A stretch of DNA of 64,000 nucleotides from an uncultured Chloroflexia bacterium (GTDB taxonomy: Bacteria > Chloroflexota > Limnocylindria > Limnocylindrales > CSP1-4), in contig CAWFLS010000017.1 of assembly GCA_963816675.1 (NCBI GenBank), positions 5,831 to 69,830 of the forward strand. Direction: 5' to 3'. The notes beneath the pieces were generated by a model that searched no databases, was not told the origin of the DNA, and worked only from the letters and a program-made list of their open reading frames with translations. Shown piece after piece: positions 47,801 through 57,655 of this stretch. The translations under genes and the position numbers were made by a program. Every line of letters starts with the position of its first letter. The first letter of the stretch is position 1.

Positions 47801-48514
47801 CTACCCGATCGGTGTCCCGAGCAGCCGATCGAACTCGGCCTGGATCAGGCCGTAGCATTCGCAGGTCTCACGCTCGATGCCGGGCCGGTCGATGATGCAG
47901 ACAGAGCCCCGGTCGTTCTGGATGATCCGCTTTCGCGCGAGGGCCCCCAGCGCACCGGAAACCTTTGGTCGTGACGTGCCGAGCATCATCGCGAGGAAGT
48001 CGTGGGTGAGCGGCATGGCGTCGCTCCGGTAGCGGTCGTCCATCGTCAGCAGCCACCGCGCTGTGCGCTGCTGGAGGTCGTGGAGCCGGTTGCACGCCAC
48101 GCTCTGGCTGGTCTGGAACAGCAGCGCGGCGACGTATCGGTCGACCACCTGGTGGAACGATTCGCCGCGCTCGTGCTCAGCACGCATGACTTCGGCGGGG
48201 AGCGAAGCCGCCGTTCCCGGCAGCTGGACGATCGCCTGCAACGGCATCGTGATCGTCCCGAGGATGATGGGCAGTCCGAGCAGTCCCTCGTATCCGACCG
48301 ATCCCACTTCGACGCCGGAGCCCGACGCATCGAAGGCGATCAGGGACAGGGCGCCGTCGAGCGGGAAGTAGCCGCGGCTGAGCGGTGCGTCCGGATGCAT
48401 CAGGATCTGTCGGGCGTGGAGCGGCTTCACCTCGAACGCCGGCTCGAGCCGGTCGGACGTCTCCGAATCCAGGAGGGCGAGCAGCCGATTGGCGTGCAGC
48501 CCCGGGGATCCCAT
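47801..48514 (-). CDS. Crp/Fnr family transcriptional regulator
   Basis: cNMP-binding-like N-domain (..ARQILMHPDAPLSRGYFPLDGALSLIAF..) and C-terminal HTH (..THDFLAMMLGTSRPKVSGALGALARKRIIQNDRGSVCIID). Confidence 0.8.
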   Translation of the reverse strand: MGSPGLHANRLLALLDSETSDRLEPAFEVKPLHARQILMHPDAPLSRGYFPLDGALSLIAFDASGSGVEVGSVGYEGLLGLPIILGTITMPLQAIVQLPGTAASLPAEVMRAEHERGESFHQVVDRYVAALLFQTSQSVACNRLHDLQQRTARWLLTMDDRYRSDAMPLTHDFLAMMLGTSRPKVSGALGALARKRIIQNDRGSVCIIDRPGIERETCECYGLIQAEFDRLLGTPIG

Positions 48515-48606
48515 TCACTGACCTCCTGGGTTGCCGGCTCGAAACGACGGCCGAGGCGCGTCGTCGATGCGCGCAGCGTGCGCTTGATGCCCGTCGCGAG
48601 TCAAAT

Positions 48607-48622
48607 GGTCCCGTACGGGACC
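48607..48622. promoter_or_regulatory. perfect 16-bp palindrome in the crp / hypothetical-gene divergent intergenic region (candidate operator)
   Basis: GGTCCCGTACGGGACC is its own reverse complement. A half-site-like cggtacgg follows 3 nt later. Confidence 0.4.
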
Positions 48623-48635
48623 GACGGTACGGCTG

Positions 48636-48998
48636 GTGTCGTCTAGCATCGCGACGCTCGATAACGCCACACAAGGACCTTGCCCTCGTCATGCTCCCGT
48701 GACCTGCGACGACCCCACCGACAAGCCGGGACCGAGTTCACTGCGCCTGATCTGCTATCCCCGCGAGGATACGGCCCTCGTGGATCGGGCCAGGACCATC
48801 GTTGAAGAATCGGGCAGGTTGGGCCGGGTGGTCGCCCCCCAGCAGGTCGCCGATCGTCTTCGGGCCTGGTATCCGCACATCTCCATCTCGGTCCGCGAGC
48901 CATTCGCCGACCTGTGGGGAAGCCAGGATCCGACCTGGTACGTCTATCGCGACGGCAGCATCCTGCCGGACCGGAGAGCCGACGCCACCTCGGTCTAG
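48636..48998 (+). CDS. hypothetical protein carrying one 'WYVYRDG' module
   Basis: ..VADRLRAWYPHISISVREPFADLWGSQDPTWYVYRDGSI.. parallels the N-terminus of the 49662 gene. Start is GTG 48636 or GTG 48699. Confidence 0.55.
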   Translation: MSSSIATLDNATQGPCPRHAPVTCDDPTDKPGPSSLRLICYPREDTALVDRARTIVEESGRLGRVVAPQQVADRLRAWYPHISISVREPFADLWGSQDPTWYVYRDGSILPDRRADATSV

Positions 48999-49222
48999 CC
49001 GGTCACACCCACCGGGTCGTGGCGCCGTGGCGTGAGGGCGCCCGGCGCCGACCCGGCGCGGTGACTTGCGCCGACCCCGGGCCCGAGATCCCGCCGTAAC
49101 GCCGTTGCAAGCCTTGCGCGCAGCGCTGCGACTGCCCGACACCAGCAGGCGACTGAATATCGGGACACCACCCACCGGATCCGTCCGACAGGGTCTCGGG
49201 GGCCGTTCGGCGCGAGGTCCTG

Positions 49223-49567
49223 ATGACGGAACAGGTCAGCGATCCCATCATCCATGTCCTTCGACCCGGCGAAGAGCTACGCGGGCGCGCGCCGCTGATC
49301 GATGCGACGGTCGCAGTCACCGACGATCGTCTGGTCGTCGCCCGCGGTCCGAAGATCGCCGTCGACATCCCGTGGGGCCGCCTCCGGCGCATCCAGCTCG
49401 ACATCGAACGGCAGCGCCCCGCGACGCTTGTAGTCGTCCCGGAGTGGCCGAGCGATCCCCCACAGGTGCTGTCGGTCCCTGCCGCTTCATACCGTTCGGT
49501 CACCGACGTCGTGGCCCACATCGCGGAGCGACTTGCGGGCGCCGACCCGAACGACGGGAGTTCCTGA
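49223..49567 (+). CDS. hypothetical protein (possibly bacterial PH-like)
   Basis: Intact 114 aa: MTEQVSDPIIHVLRPGEELRGRAPLIDATVAVTDDRLVVARGPKIAVDIPWGRLRRIQLDIE... The fold assignment is a guess. Confidence 0.5.
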   Translation: MTEQVSDPIIHVLRPGEELRGRAPLIDATVAVTDDRLVVARGPKIAVDIPWGRLRRIQLDIERQRPATLVVVPEWPSDPPQVLSVPAASYRSVTDVVAHIAERLAGADPNDGSS

Positions 49568-49661
49568 TCGGCGCGTAACTGAACTGGGAGACGGGGAGAC
49601 CAGACATAGAAGCCGCTCACCGGCCGGCCGGTCACCCGGCTTGAGCCCGCCTGTACCGATC

Positions 49662-50717
49662 GTGCAGACCATCCCCTCGGACGACGCAGGGTTCCGTGAG
49701 CATGTCCAGCGGCTGGTCCGCCGGCAGCACGTGACCCGGCCTGCCGTGCTCCAGTCGCAGCTCGTATCGATCTTTCCGAAGGTCGTCGTTCGCGAGCGCG
49801 ATCTGTCAGGCGAGAAACCCGTCTGGTATGTCTACCGTGATGGCCGCTGGACGCCGTCCGAGCGCGCGCGGTGGTGGGAGGCTCCGCGGCTTCCGATGAT
49901 CACCGTCCGGCGCGACGGAACCCTCTCGTCGGCGAACGCGGGGGCAGCCAGCCTGCTTGGGCTTTCGGACGTCACCAGCGACGATCGGTGGTTCTCGGAC
50001 CTCGTGGCGCCTGATGCGACGAGGGAAGCCATGGAGCTGCTTGGCGTCGTCCTTGATGGCCACGACCTCACAGCCACCGTGCTCGTCCGAGCAAGGGGTG
50101 CCGAGGCGATCGCGTGTGAGCTCCACGCGACCCGTCAGGGCGATGAGATGGTCGCCGTCCTCCGCCTGGCTGAGGAGCCAGGGGAGCCAGTGGGCCGGTC
50201 GAGATCCACGTCGCGACCTGCTCGTGTCGTCAGTCTGCCGGAGGCGGATGTCGGTTTCGCCGACTACGTCAAGCTCGTCTACGACGGCATGCGGGCACCG
50301 ACGCTCGATGGCCTCGCGCTCCGACTTCGCCGGCTCTATCCGCACGCGCGGGTCGAACGTGACGGCTCGGACTGGGTCGTGCACCGGGACGCGGACGGCG
50401 TCACGGGCCCACTCGAGGGCTGGTGGCTGGATGCGGGGCTGCCGACGGTGATGTACGACGACGACGCGCTGATCGTCGATGCCAACGAGGCTGCCAGGCG
50501 GCTTCTCGGCAGCCCGCTGATCGGCCATCACTGGCAGGAGTTCGTGACGCCCGGCGGGACCGGCCGGGTGGCCGAGTTCCTGCCGATCATCCGTCGCGCC
50601 GGAGTGGTGAACTCGAGGTTTCGGATGCCCCGCGAGGACGGCTCGCTGGTCGAATTCGACTCGCATACCGAGGTCCACGGCGACCGGTTCCGGACCGTCA
50701 TGCGACCCCGTGAGTGA
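49662..50717 (+). CDS. hypothetical protein: two tandem copies of ['WYVYRDG' module + PAS-like domain]
   Basis: Module 1: ..LQSQLVSIFPKVVVRERDLSGEKPVWYVYRDGRW..WW..LP, then PAS-like ITVRRDGTLSSANAGAASLLG... Module 2: ..LALRLRRLYPHARVERDGSDWVVHRDADG..GWW..LP, then PAS-like VMYDDDALIVDANEAARRLLG..FRMPREDGSLVEFDSHTE. GTG 49662 lies in track ORF 49533..50717. Confidence 0.6.
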   Translation: MQTIPSDDAGFREHVQRLVRRQHVTRPAVLQSQLVSIFPKVVVRERDLSGEKPVWYVYRDGRWTPSERARWWEAPRLPMITVRRDGTLSSANAGAASLLGLSDVTSDDRWFSDLVAPDATREAMELLGVVLDGHDLTATVLVRARGAEAIACELHATRQGDEMVAVLRLAEEPGEPVGRSRSTSRPARVVSLPEADVGFADYVKLVYDGMRAPTLDGLALRLRRLYPHARVERDGSDWVVHRDADGVTGPLEGWWLDAGLPTVMYDDDALIVDANEAARRLLGSPLIGHHWQEFVTPGGTGRVAEFLPIIRRAGVVNSRFRMPREDGSLVEFDSHTEVHGDRFRTVMRPRE

Positions 50718-50861
50718 CCGGCCAGCGCCGGTCAGCTCGCCGAGTCACCGGCAATGGGCCTGTCGCGCGCCTGAAATATCCGCATCGGTGGTCAGGATGG
50801 AGCACCTTTCGGCGGCCATGGGAGCCTGATACAAGCAGCTCGTCGTTCGGGAGATAGTCAG

Positions 50862-51356
50862 ATGGCGCGATTCGAGGACACGATCGAAGTCGAGGTTCCG
50901 GTTCGTGTCGCGTACGACCAGTGGACCCAGTTCAGGGAATTCCCGAAGTTCATGGAGGGGGTCGAAAGCGTCGAATTGTCGGATTCGATGACGCTGCGAT
51001 GGGTCGTCACGAGCGGCGGCCGACAGCGCACTTGGAGGGCGAGGATCATCGAGCGGACACCAGATGTCCGGATCGCGTGGCAGAGCATCGATGGGGGAGC
51101 CAACGACGGGACCGTCCTGTTCCGTTCGCTCGGGCTCGACCGGAGCCTCGTGACGCTTCGGCTCGACGTACAGTCCGACGGTCCGATGGAAGCCGCCGGA
51201 ACGACTCCCGCCTCGATGGAACGCCAGGTCCGCGGCGACCTGCGCCGGTTCAAGGCCTTTGTCGAGGAGCAGCTGGTCCCGACAGGCGCCTGGTGGGTTC
51301 CTGGTCAGGCCGGCCGCGACGGTCCGCGGCGCTCAGACGCGAGGATGGGGCACTAA
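50862..51356 (+). CDS. SRPBCC (cyclase/dehydrase) family protein
   Basis: MARFEDTIEVEVPVRVAYDQWTQFREFPKFMEGVESVE.. is a typical family N-terminus. Confidence 0.75.
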   Translation: MARFEDTIEVEVPVRVAYDQWTQFREFPKFMEGVESVELSDSMTLRWVVTSGGRQRTWRARIIERTPDVRIAWQSIDGGANDGTVLFRSLGLDRSLVTLRLDVQSDGPMEAAGTTPASMERQVRGDLRRFKAFVEEQLVPTGAWWVPGQAGRDGPRRSDARMGH

Positions 51357-51499
51357 CGCAACACTGCAATCGAATGTAACCCGGTGTGTAGTGCTCCGCT
51401 GCCGAATGTAATGGACGCTGTTATGCCGGGCTGCGGGCCATACCGGGACGATGTCGCGACACATCCTCGACATGCCGGACCCGGAGGATTCGCTGCGCC

Positions 51500-53725
51500 T
51501 TGGACCTGCTGACGCTGGTTATCCAGCTAGCGTTCTACGCCCTGTTCGCGGCGGCCCTCTGGCGATACGCGCGGAGGCGGACTGCCGCTTGATCTCGCGG
51601 TCGTCCTGGTCTTCGCCACGACGGCTGCCCTGTTCGCGATCTCCATCGCCAACCAGATCTTCGGGCCTGACGTCGCTGCCCTGCTTCGTCCCGTCACGCT
51701 TACGGTCCTGTTCGCACAGCCGTACCTGATCGTCCGCCTGATCCACGTCATCTCCCCTGTGCCCTCGGCGCTCGCGCGCTCGCGTTCGCGGGGTTCGTCG
51801 CGACGACCGCTGGCGTTCCTCGTGCTCGGGACCCGAAGCGTGCCGGCCATCCTCCTCCTCGTCCTGTATTTCGGGATCGGCGAGGCGGTCGCGGCATACC
51901 AGATCGTGCGCCTGGCGCGCCGGCGTCTGGGCCTGCCTCGGGTGCGTCTCCTCCTTGCCGCCGCGGGCACGGCGATGTTCGGCCTCACGATCGTCGTCGC
52001 GGGGGTCGGTGCGGCATCCGCCGGTGGCACGTCAAGCAGCGCAGTCACGCTGGTCAGTCGCGTGTTGGCGTTGCTGGCCGGCCTCAGCTATCTCGCCGCA
52101 TTCCTGACGCCCAGCTGGTTGACCGGTCTCGTGCACCGGGCCGTGGCATTCGATCTGACGCGGTCTGTGGTAACGGCCGGCACCGGGACGGAGCCGGCGG
52201 CGGTCCTGTGGAACAGGCTCGAGGTCGCGGCCCAGACGATCCTCGGCGCGCGGACGGTCGTCATCCGCGATCGCGACGGACGGCCGTCGTCGGGCGCCCG
52301 CGATGACGCCGGCCGGGAGCCCCGACGATGCCGCGGACATCGATGACGACGCCTGGTCAGCCGGAGGCCGGACGGTCGTCGCCCTCCCGCTCGAGGCCGA
52401 CGGCGAGTCGGTCGTTCTGCACGCGTATCTCGACGGTCGACCGCTGTTCGTGGAAGACGATGTAGCGGTCCTGACCCTGCTCGGCTCGCTGACGATCCGC
52501 TCCGTGGCTCACGAGGAGGCGATCCAGCGCCTGCGCGCCACGCTGATGGACCTCCAGCAGTCCGCCGCGGTGCGGGCGAGTGAGGCACGCTTCCGGGCGC
52601 TCCTCGAGGCTCATCCGTATGCAGTCCTCGCGACCGATGAGGACGGCAGGATCAGCTGGAGCACCGATTCCACCGCCCAGCTGTTCGGCCACGGCGAGAA
52701 TGACCTCGTCGGCCGCTTCCTGGGCGAGCTCGTCGAGCTCACCGGCGCCGCACCGCAAGGATCTCGCGCCGGAGGATGAAGCGGTGCGGCGGATCGAGAC
52801 GACAGCCCATCGAGCCGACGGGACGACGTTCCCGGCCGAAGTCGCGCTCAAGGACTTCGAGCTCGAGGGCCGACCAAGCCGCCTGGCGCTCATCTCGGAC
52901 ATCACCTGGCGCCACGAAGCGAACGAGATCCGCGACCGGTTCATCGGGATCCTGTCGCACGAGCTGCGGACCCCGATCACGTCGATCTACGGCGGCGCGC
53001 AGGTCCTGGCAAAGCGCGCGATGCAGCTCGACGACGAGACGCGCAGCGAGCTGCTGGCAGGGCTCGCGGGCGAATCAGAGCGGCTCCAGCGGATGATCGA
53101 GAACCTGCTCATCCTCGCTCGGGTCGAGCGAGGTGCCGATTTCTTCGGGCCCGGGCCGGTCCTCGTCGATCGCGTCCTGCGCGAGGTCATCACCCGGGAA
53201 CGAGGCCTGTGGCCGTCAGCGACGATCGACCTCCGGATCAGCGGACCGATCCCGGTGGTCTCCGGCGACGAGGACCATCTCGCCCAGATCATGCGCAACC
53301 TGCTTGCCAATGCGGTCAAGTACGCCGGCGACGACGCCCACGTGCTCGTCAACGTCAGCTATGAAGCGCCATGGGTCAGCGTCGCCGTACGCGACGACGG
53401 CCCCGGATTCCCGCCCGAGGAGGCCGAGCAGCTGTTCGGGCTCTACTTCCGGTCGGCACAGAGCACCACGGCGCCCGGCGCAGGTATCGGCCTGTTCGTG
53501 TGCCGCCAGCTCGTGTCGGCGATGGGCGGCACGATCTGGTGCCGAACGCTACCGGAGGGCGGCGCCGAGTTTGGCTTCACGTTGGCGGCCTACGACGAGG
53601 AGGAGATGCCGGTGCCCCGGCCGCGTCCGGTGGAGGAGCCCGTCGCGACCGCGGAAGCGGCTCGGCGTGACGGTGCGGCGGCCATGGTCGAGGCGGTCCA
53701 TCCCGGGACCGTCACTGCCGCCTGA
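51500..53725 (+). CDS. sensor histidine kinase paralogue (multi-TM N-domain + PAS + HisKA + HATPase); >=3 frame breaks
   Basis: TTG 51500 begins DLLTLVIQLAFYALFAAALW | PLDLAVVLVFATTAALFAISIAN..(to 52346) | ..FRALLEAHPYAVLATDEDGRISWSTDSTAQLFG..(52303..52779) | ..H-box FIGILSHELRTPITSIYG, ..DDGPGF, GAGIGL (52580..53725). Confidence 0.75.
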
Positions 53726-54555
53726 CGACAGAACCTGGCTTCTCTCCGTCGCCGGCTGGCGTGTCGGCGAGTGCGTCGCGTTCGCGGCGGGACTGGCAGA
53801 CGCGCGGCCGCGCTGGCTGAGCCATTCGCTTTTGTCATCCGTCCACGTGGTGCGCCTTGGCCGGCTGGAAAGCGATCCTCAAGGCCGTCGAGGCGTGCCG
53901 CGCGACCGCCGGCGAAACTCGATGAGCACGAACGAAGTCATGGATGACGCGAGATCGGCGTGCGGCGTCGTGGGCCAGCCGGTCGAAGGTTCACTGCGTG
54001 GACGGATGACAGGAACGGTCCCCGGGGACGGGAACCGCGAAGAGCTGGTCGCCTGTTGTCTCGCGCGAGGGCGGTGACGCTTTTCGTCTCGCGCCACGGC
54101 GCCTACCATCGACGCGTCCGCGTCGTCGACCGACCAGCGAAGCGGGCGGCTTCTTGGGCAGGAGGTGTGAGATGGAAGAGCGAATCACCCTCGCTGGCGC
54201 TGGCGAGGAGATGGACACAGCCGATGCTGGCTCCACGTTCACATTCGGCGCGGAGGGCTGGGAGGCGGTCGATTACGTCGACCCGATGGACGACTGGATG
54301 CTCCAATCCGACGGATCGCTTCGCGTCACCGGACGGTCTGACCCGGACCTGGCCGCTCGCAGGACCCGAGCCGGGCTGACGATCCAGGAGTCATCGCTGC
54401 CGGATCCGCGGCGGCGCGTCCTGACGCGGCGCGCGAGACGCAGCGACCCGCGGCCCGCGGCCCGCCGCCGTAGGGTAGGGTCACGGCCGAGGCGGCAGGG
54501 CCTGACGGTCGACGGCCGAAGGAGCCGGCAACCATCGTTGAGGGGAGACCACGGA

Positions 54556-55310
54556 ATGGGCAGCTTCCTCGTCACTGGCGCGGCGAGCGGGATCGGGCTG
54601 GCCACCGCCCGTGCGCTCGCGCGCGAGGGCCATCGCGTCTTCGCGCTCGATCGCGACGGAGATCGGCTGGCCACGCGCGTTTGACGGGCTCGACGGACCC
54701 GCTCCCGAGCCGTTCGTCGCGGACGTCGCGGACGCACGCCTCGGTCGCGGCCGCGATCGAAGCGATCACACGGCAGACGACCGCCCTCGATGGCCTCGTC
54801 AACGCGGCCGGGATCGTGCTGATCGTGCCATTCGAGGACCTGACGGCCGAGGACTGGGAGCGGATCTATCGGGTCAATGTGGTCGGCACGTTCCTCGTGC
54901 TCCAGGCCGCCTTGCCACTGCTGCGCGCGGCAGCGGCGCCCGCGGTCGTGAACCTGGCGTCGATGGCCGGAAAGATCGCCAGCGCCTACACCGCCCCGTA
55001 CAACGCGAGCAAGGCGGCGGTGATCAGCCTGACCCGGTCGGCCGCGCTCACCCTGGCCCCCCAGATCCGAGTCAACGCCGTCTGCCCGGGGATCGTCGAC
55101 ACGCCGATGTACGAGCAGATCGACCGGCGAATGAGGGAGGTGGGCGCCCCCGAGGAATTCCGCTTCCACCGGCGGGCTCCACAGGCGCCACTCGGACGGG
55201 CCGCAACGGCCGACGAGGTCGCCAGCGTGATCGTCTTCCTGCTCGGCTCCGGTGCCACGTTCATGACCGGCGAGGATGTCAACGTGACCGGCGGGTTCGT
55301 GATGCATTGA
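54556..55310 (+). CDS. SDR family oxidoreductase; two frame breaks near codons 40-60
   Basis: MGSFLVTGAASGIGLATARALAREGHRVFALDRDGDRLA | ..FVADVADA | ..LDGLVNAAGI..NLASMAG..YNASKAAV..PGIVDTPM.. (TGxxxGxG, NAAG and YxxxK motifs). Confidence 0.8.
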
Positions 55311-55400
55311 CCGATACAGGGTGGCCATACTTCCGGAGCGTCACGGCACACGTGACAGAGCCCACATTGAAGGGCGATCGAGGGGAAGGCGACCGACGGT

Positions 55401-56180
55401 ATGGGCGGACACGATCCCTTCCCCGAGCCGGGCGACGTATGGTCGACGCCGCGCGATGCGCCGACGTACCCCCGCTATCCCATCGAATTCCGCGACTGTG
55501 AGCTCCTGTCGATCCAGTACCGGACGGATCCCGACGCCGTCCGCTCGCTCGTGCCGGCGCCTCTTGAGCCGGTGGGCGACGTCGTGCTGTTCCACGTCGC
55601 GCGGTGGGGCGACGTGCCCGGCCTGGGAGCGGACCTCCACGAGTGCAACATCATGGTCGGCGCCGCGCTTCCCGCGCTTCCTGGCCGGGATGGCGAAGTT
55701 CGAGGCGCGTACTCGCCGTGGTTCTTTCTCGACAACGACAGAGCGATCGCCCAGGGCCGCGAGGTCCAGGGCCAGCCGAAACGCGCCGCGACGATCTCGC
55801 TCGAGGTTCGAGGCGACCTCCATGTCGGAACAGTGACCATGAACGGCATCGACATCATCACCGCGACTCTTCCATACAAGCACCGGCCGTCGAGCCTCGA
55901 AACGCTGATCGAGAACGTCGACATGCGGACGAACATCAACCTCAAGGCTATCCCGCATATCGACGGGCGGATGGCCGTCCTCCAGCTGGTGGCAAGGGAG
56001 CTGGCGGACGTCAAGGTGGAGGAGTGCTGGCAGGGACCGTCAACGGTGGAGCTCCGGCCGAATGCGGCAGCGCCGGTCCATCGGCTTCCGGTGCGCGAGT
56101 TCCTCGATGGCTTCTACTGGCGGGGCTCGTTCTCGCTCGTGGGCGGGACGGTCCTCCACGACTACCTCCCGCAGAGATGA
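55401..56180 (+). CDS. acetoacetate decarboxylase family protein
   Basis: ..YPRYPIEFRDCELLSIQYRTDPDAVRSLVPAPLEP.. and the overall 259-aa length fit the ADC family. Intact. Confidence 0.7.
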   Translation: MGGHDPFPEPGDVWSTPRDAPTYPRYPIEFRDCELLSIQYRTDPDAVRSLVPAPLEPVGDVVLFHVARWGDVPGLGADLHECNIMVGAALPALPGRDGEVRGAYSPWFFLDNDRAIAQGREVQGQPKRAATISLEVRGDLHVGTVTMNGIDIITATLPYKHRPSSLETLIENVDMRTNINLKAIPHIDGRMAVLQLVARELADVKVEECWQGPSTVELRPNAAAPVHRLPVREFLDGFYWRGSFSLVGGTVLHDYLPQR

Positions 56181-56235
56181 GGACCAGGGGAGCCACGTTC
56201 GCACGCTGACGCGGGCGAGCCGAGGGAGGAAGACG

Positions 56236-57104
56236 ATGCCGAGATCGAAGGCGGACCAGACCAAGCAGAGCGTCGAGCTCGCCGATATCTGGGCCGACCC
56301 GCCCGTCGAAGAGCTCGGTGCGACCGTCCGGACACTGTCGAACAAGGCGTATCTCCGCGAGCTGTCGACCCTCCAGATCGAGCTCGTCAAGCTCCAGGAG
56401 TGGATCCGCCATACGGGGATGAAGGTCGTCGTGATCTTCGAAGGCCGCGACGCAGCCGGCAAGGGCGGCGCGATCAAGACCATCACCCTGAGCCTCAACC
56501 CGCGGTACGCGCGGGTCGTCGCGCTCGGCACGCCGACCGAGCGCGAGAAGTCCCAGTGGTACTTCCAGCGCTACGTGCGCACCTGCCGGCGGCCGGCGAG
56601 ATGGTCCTGTTCGATCGCAGCTGGTACAACCGCGCCGGCGTCGAGCGCGTGATGGGCTTCTGCACCGACGAGGAGTACCGCGAGTTCTTCCGCTCGGTGC
56701 CCGAGTTCGAGCGGATGCTCGTCCGTTCGGGCATCGTCCTCGTCAAGTACTGGTTCTCGGTCAGCGACGCGGAGCAGGAGCGCCGTTTCCAGAGCCGGAT
56801 CGAGGACCCGACCAAGCGCTGGAAGCTGAGCCCGATGGACCTCGAGTCACGGGCCCGATGGGTCGAGTACTCGAGGGCCAAGGACGAGATGTTCGCGTAC
56901 ACCGACATCAAGCAGGCGCCGTGGTATGTCGTCAACGCCGACAACAAGAAGCGCGCCCGGCTGAACGTGATCCGGCATCTCCTGAGCCTGATCCCGTACG
57001 AGGACCTGACCCCCGATCCGATCGAGTTGCCGCCGCGACAAGCCGACGCCGGGTACATCCGGCCGCCGATCACCGACCAGACCTTCGTGCCCGAGGTCTA
57101 CTGA
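56236..57104 (+). CDS. ppk2: polyphosphate kinase 2 (PPK2); one frame break
   Basis: GGGAGG precedes ATG 56236. Walker A is IFEGRDAAGKGG. After ..SQWYFQRYV the frame shifts near 56575-56590 into AHLPAAGEMVLFDRSWYNRAGVERVMGF.. ..WKLSPMDLESR.. Confidence 0.85.
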
Positions 57105-57120
57105 CCCGGGCCTCGTTACC

Positions 57121-57561
57121 ATGCGTCGATGGACGGACATGCCCGCGCCGGCGCTCGCGGTCGTCCGGATTCGGACCGGCGCCCCTGAACCAGTTGTGAC
57201 TCGTCCGACACGCCACGTCCTTCTTGGCGTCAGCGCGGTCGCGGTCGGGCTGCTTGCCGCTGCCGTCCTCCAGCCGGTCGGGCTCCTCCTTTCCGCCGCC
57301 GGCCTGCTGCTCGCGATCGGCGGTCTCGGCGAGCTGCGCGCACGCCGCCGAGCGTGGCACTCCTACGAGATCGTCGCCGAGCCCGACGGCGTGACGACGG
57401 TCTTCCAGACGAGCACGCCGTTCGTGCCGGGGACCCTGATCGTGTTCGTGGATGGCATCGCCCACGCGACGATCGTCGAGCATCCGGCCTCGGGCAGCTT
57501 CGCGCTCGGCTGGGCGCCGGAGAAGGGGAGCAGCCTCGAAGCGTCCTGGCGAGAGGGCTAG
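57121..57561 (+). CDS. hypothetical membrane protein (2 TM) with small C-terminal beta domain
   Basis: ..LLGVSAVAVGLLAAAVLQPVGLLLSAAGLLLAIGGL.. then YEIVAEPDGVTTVFQTSTPFVPGTLIVFVDGIAHATIVEHPASGSFALGWAPEKGSSLEASW. Confidence 0.5.
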   Translation: MRRWTDMPAPALAVVRIRTGAPEPVVTRPTRHVLLGVSAVAVGLLAAAVLQPVGLLLSAAGLLLAIGGLGELRARRRAWHSYEIVAEPDGVTTVFQTSTPFVPGTLIVFVDGIAHATIVEHPASGSFALGWAPEKGSSLEASWREG

Positions 57562-57655
57562 GTCCGCTTCGAGGTCACCGGCAACCCGTCAATTGCCGCG
57601 GCAAAGTCAGTTGCCGCGGGCAACGTTGCTGCAGGGAGGTCAGTGCCGCGCGCGG

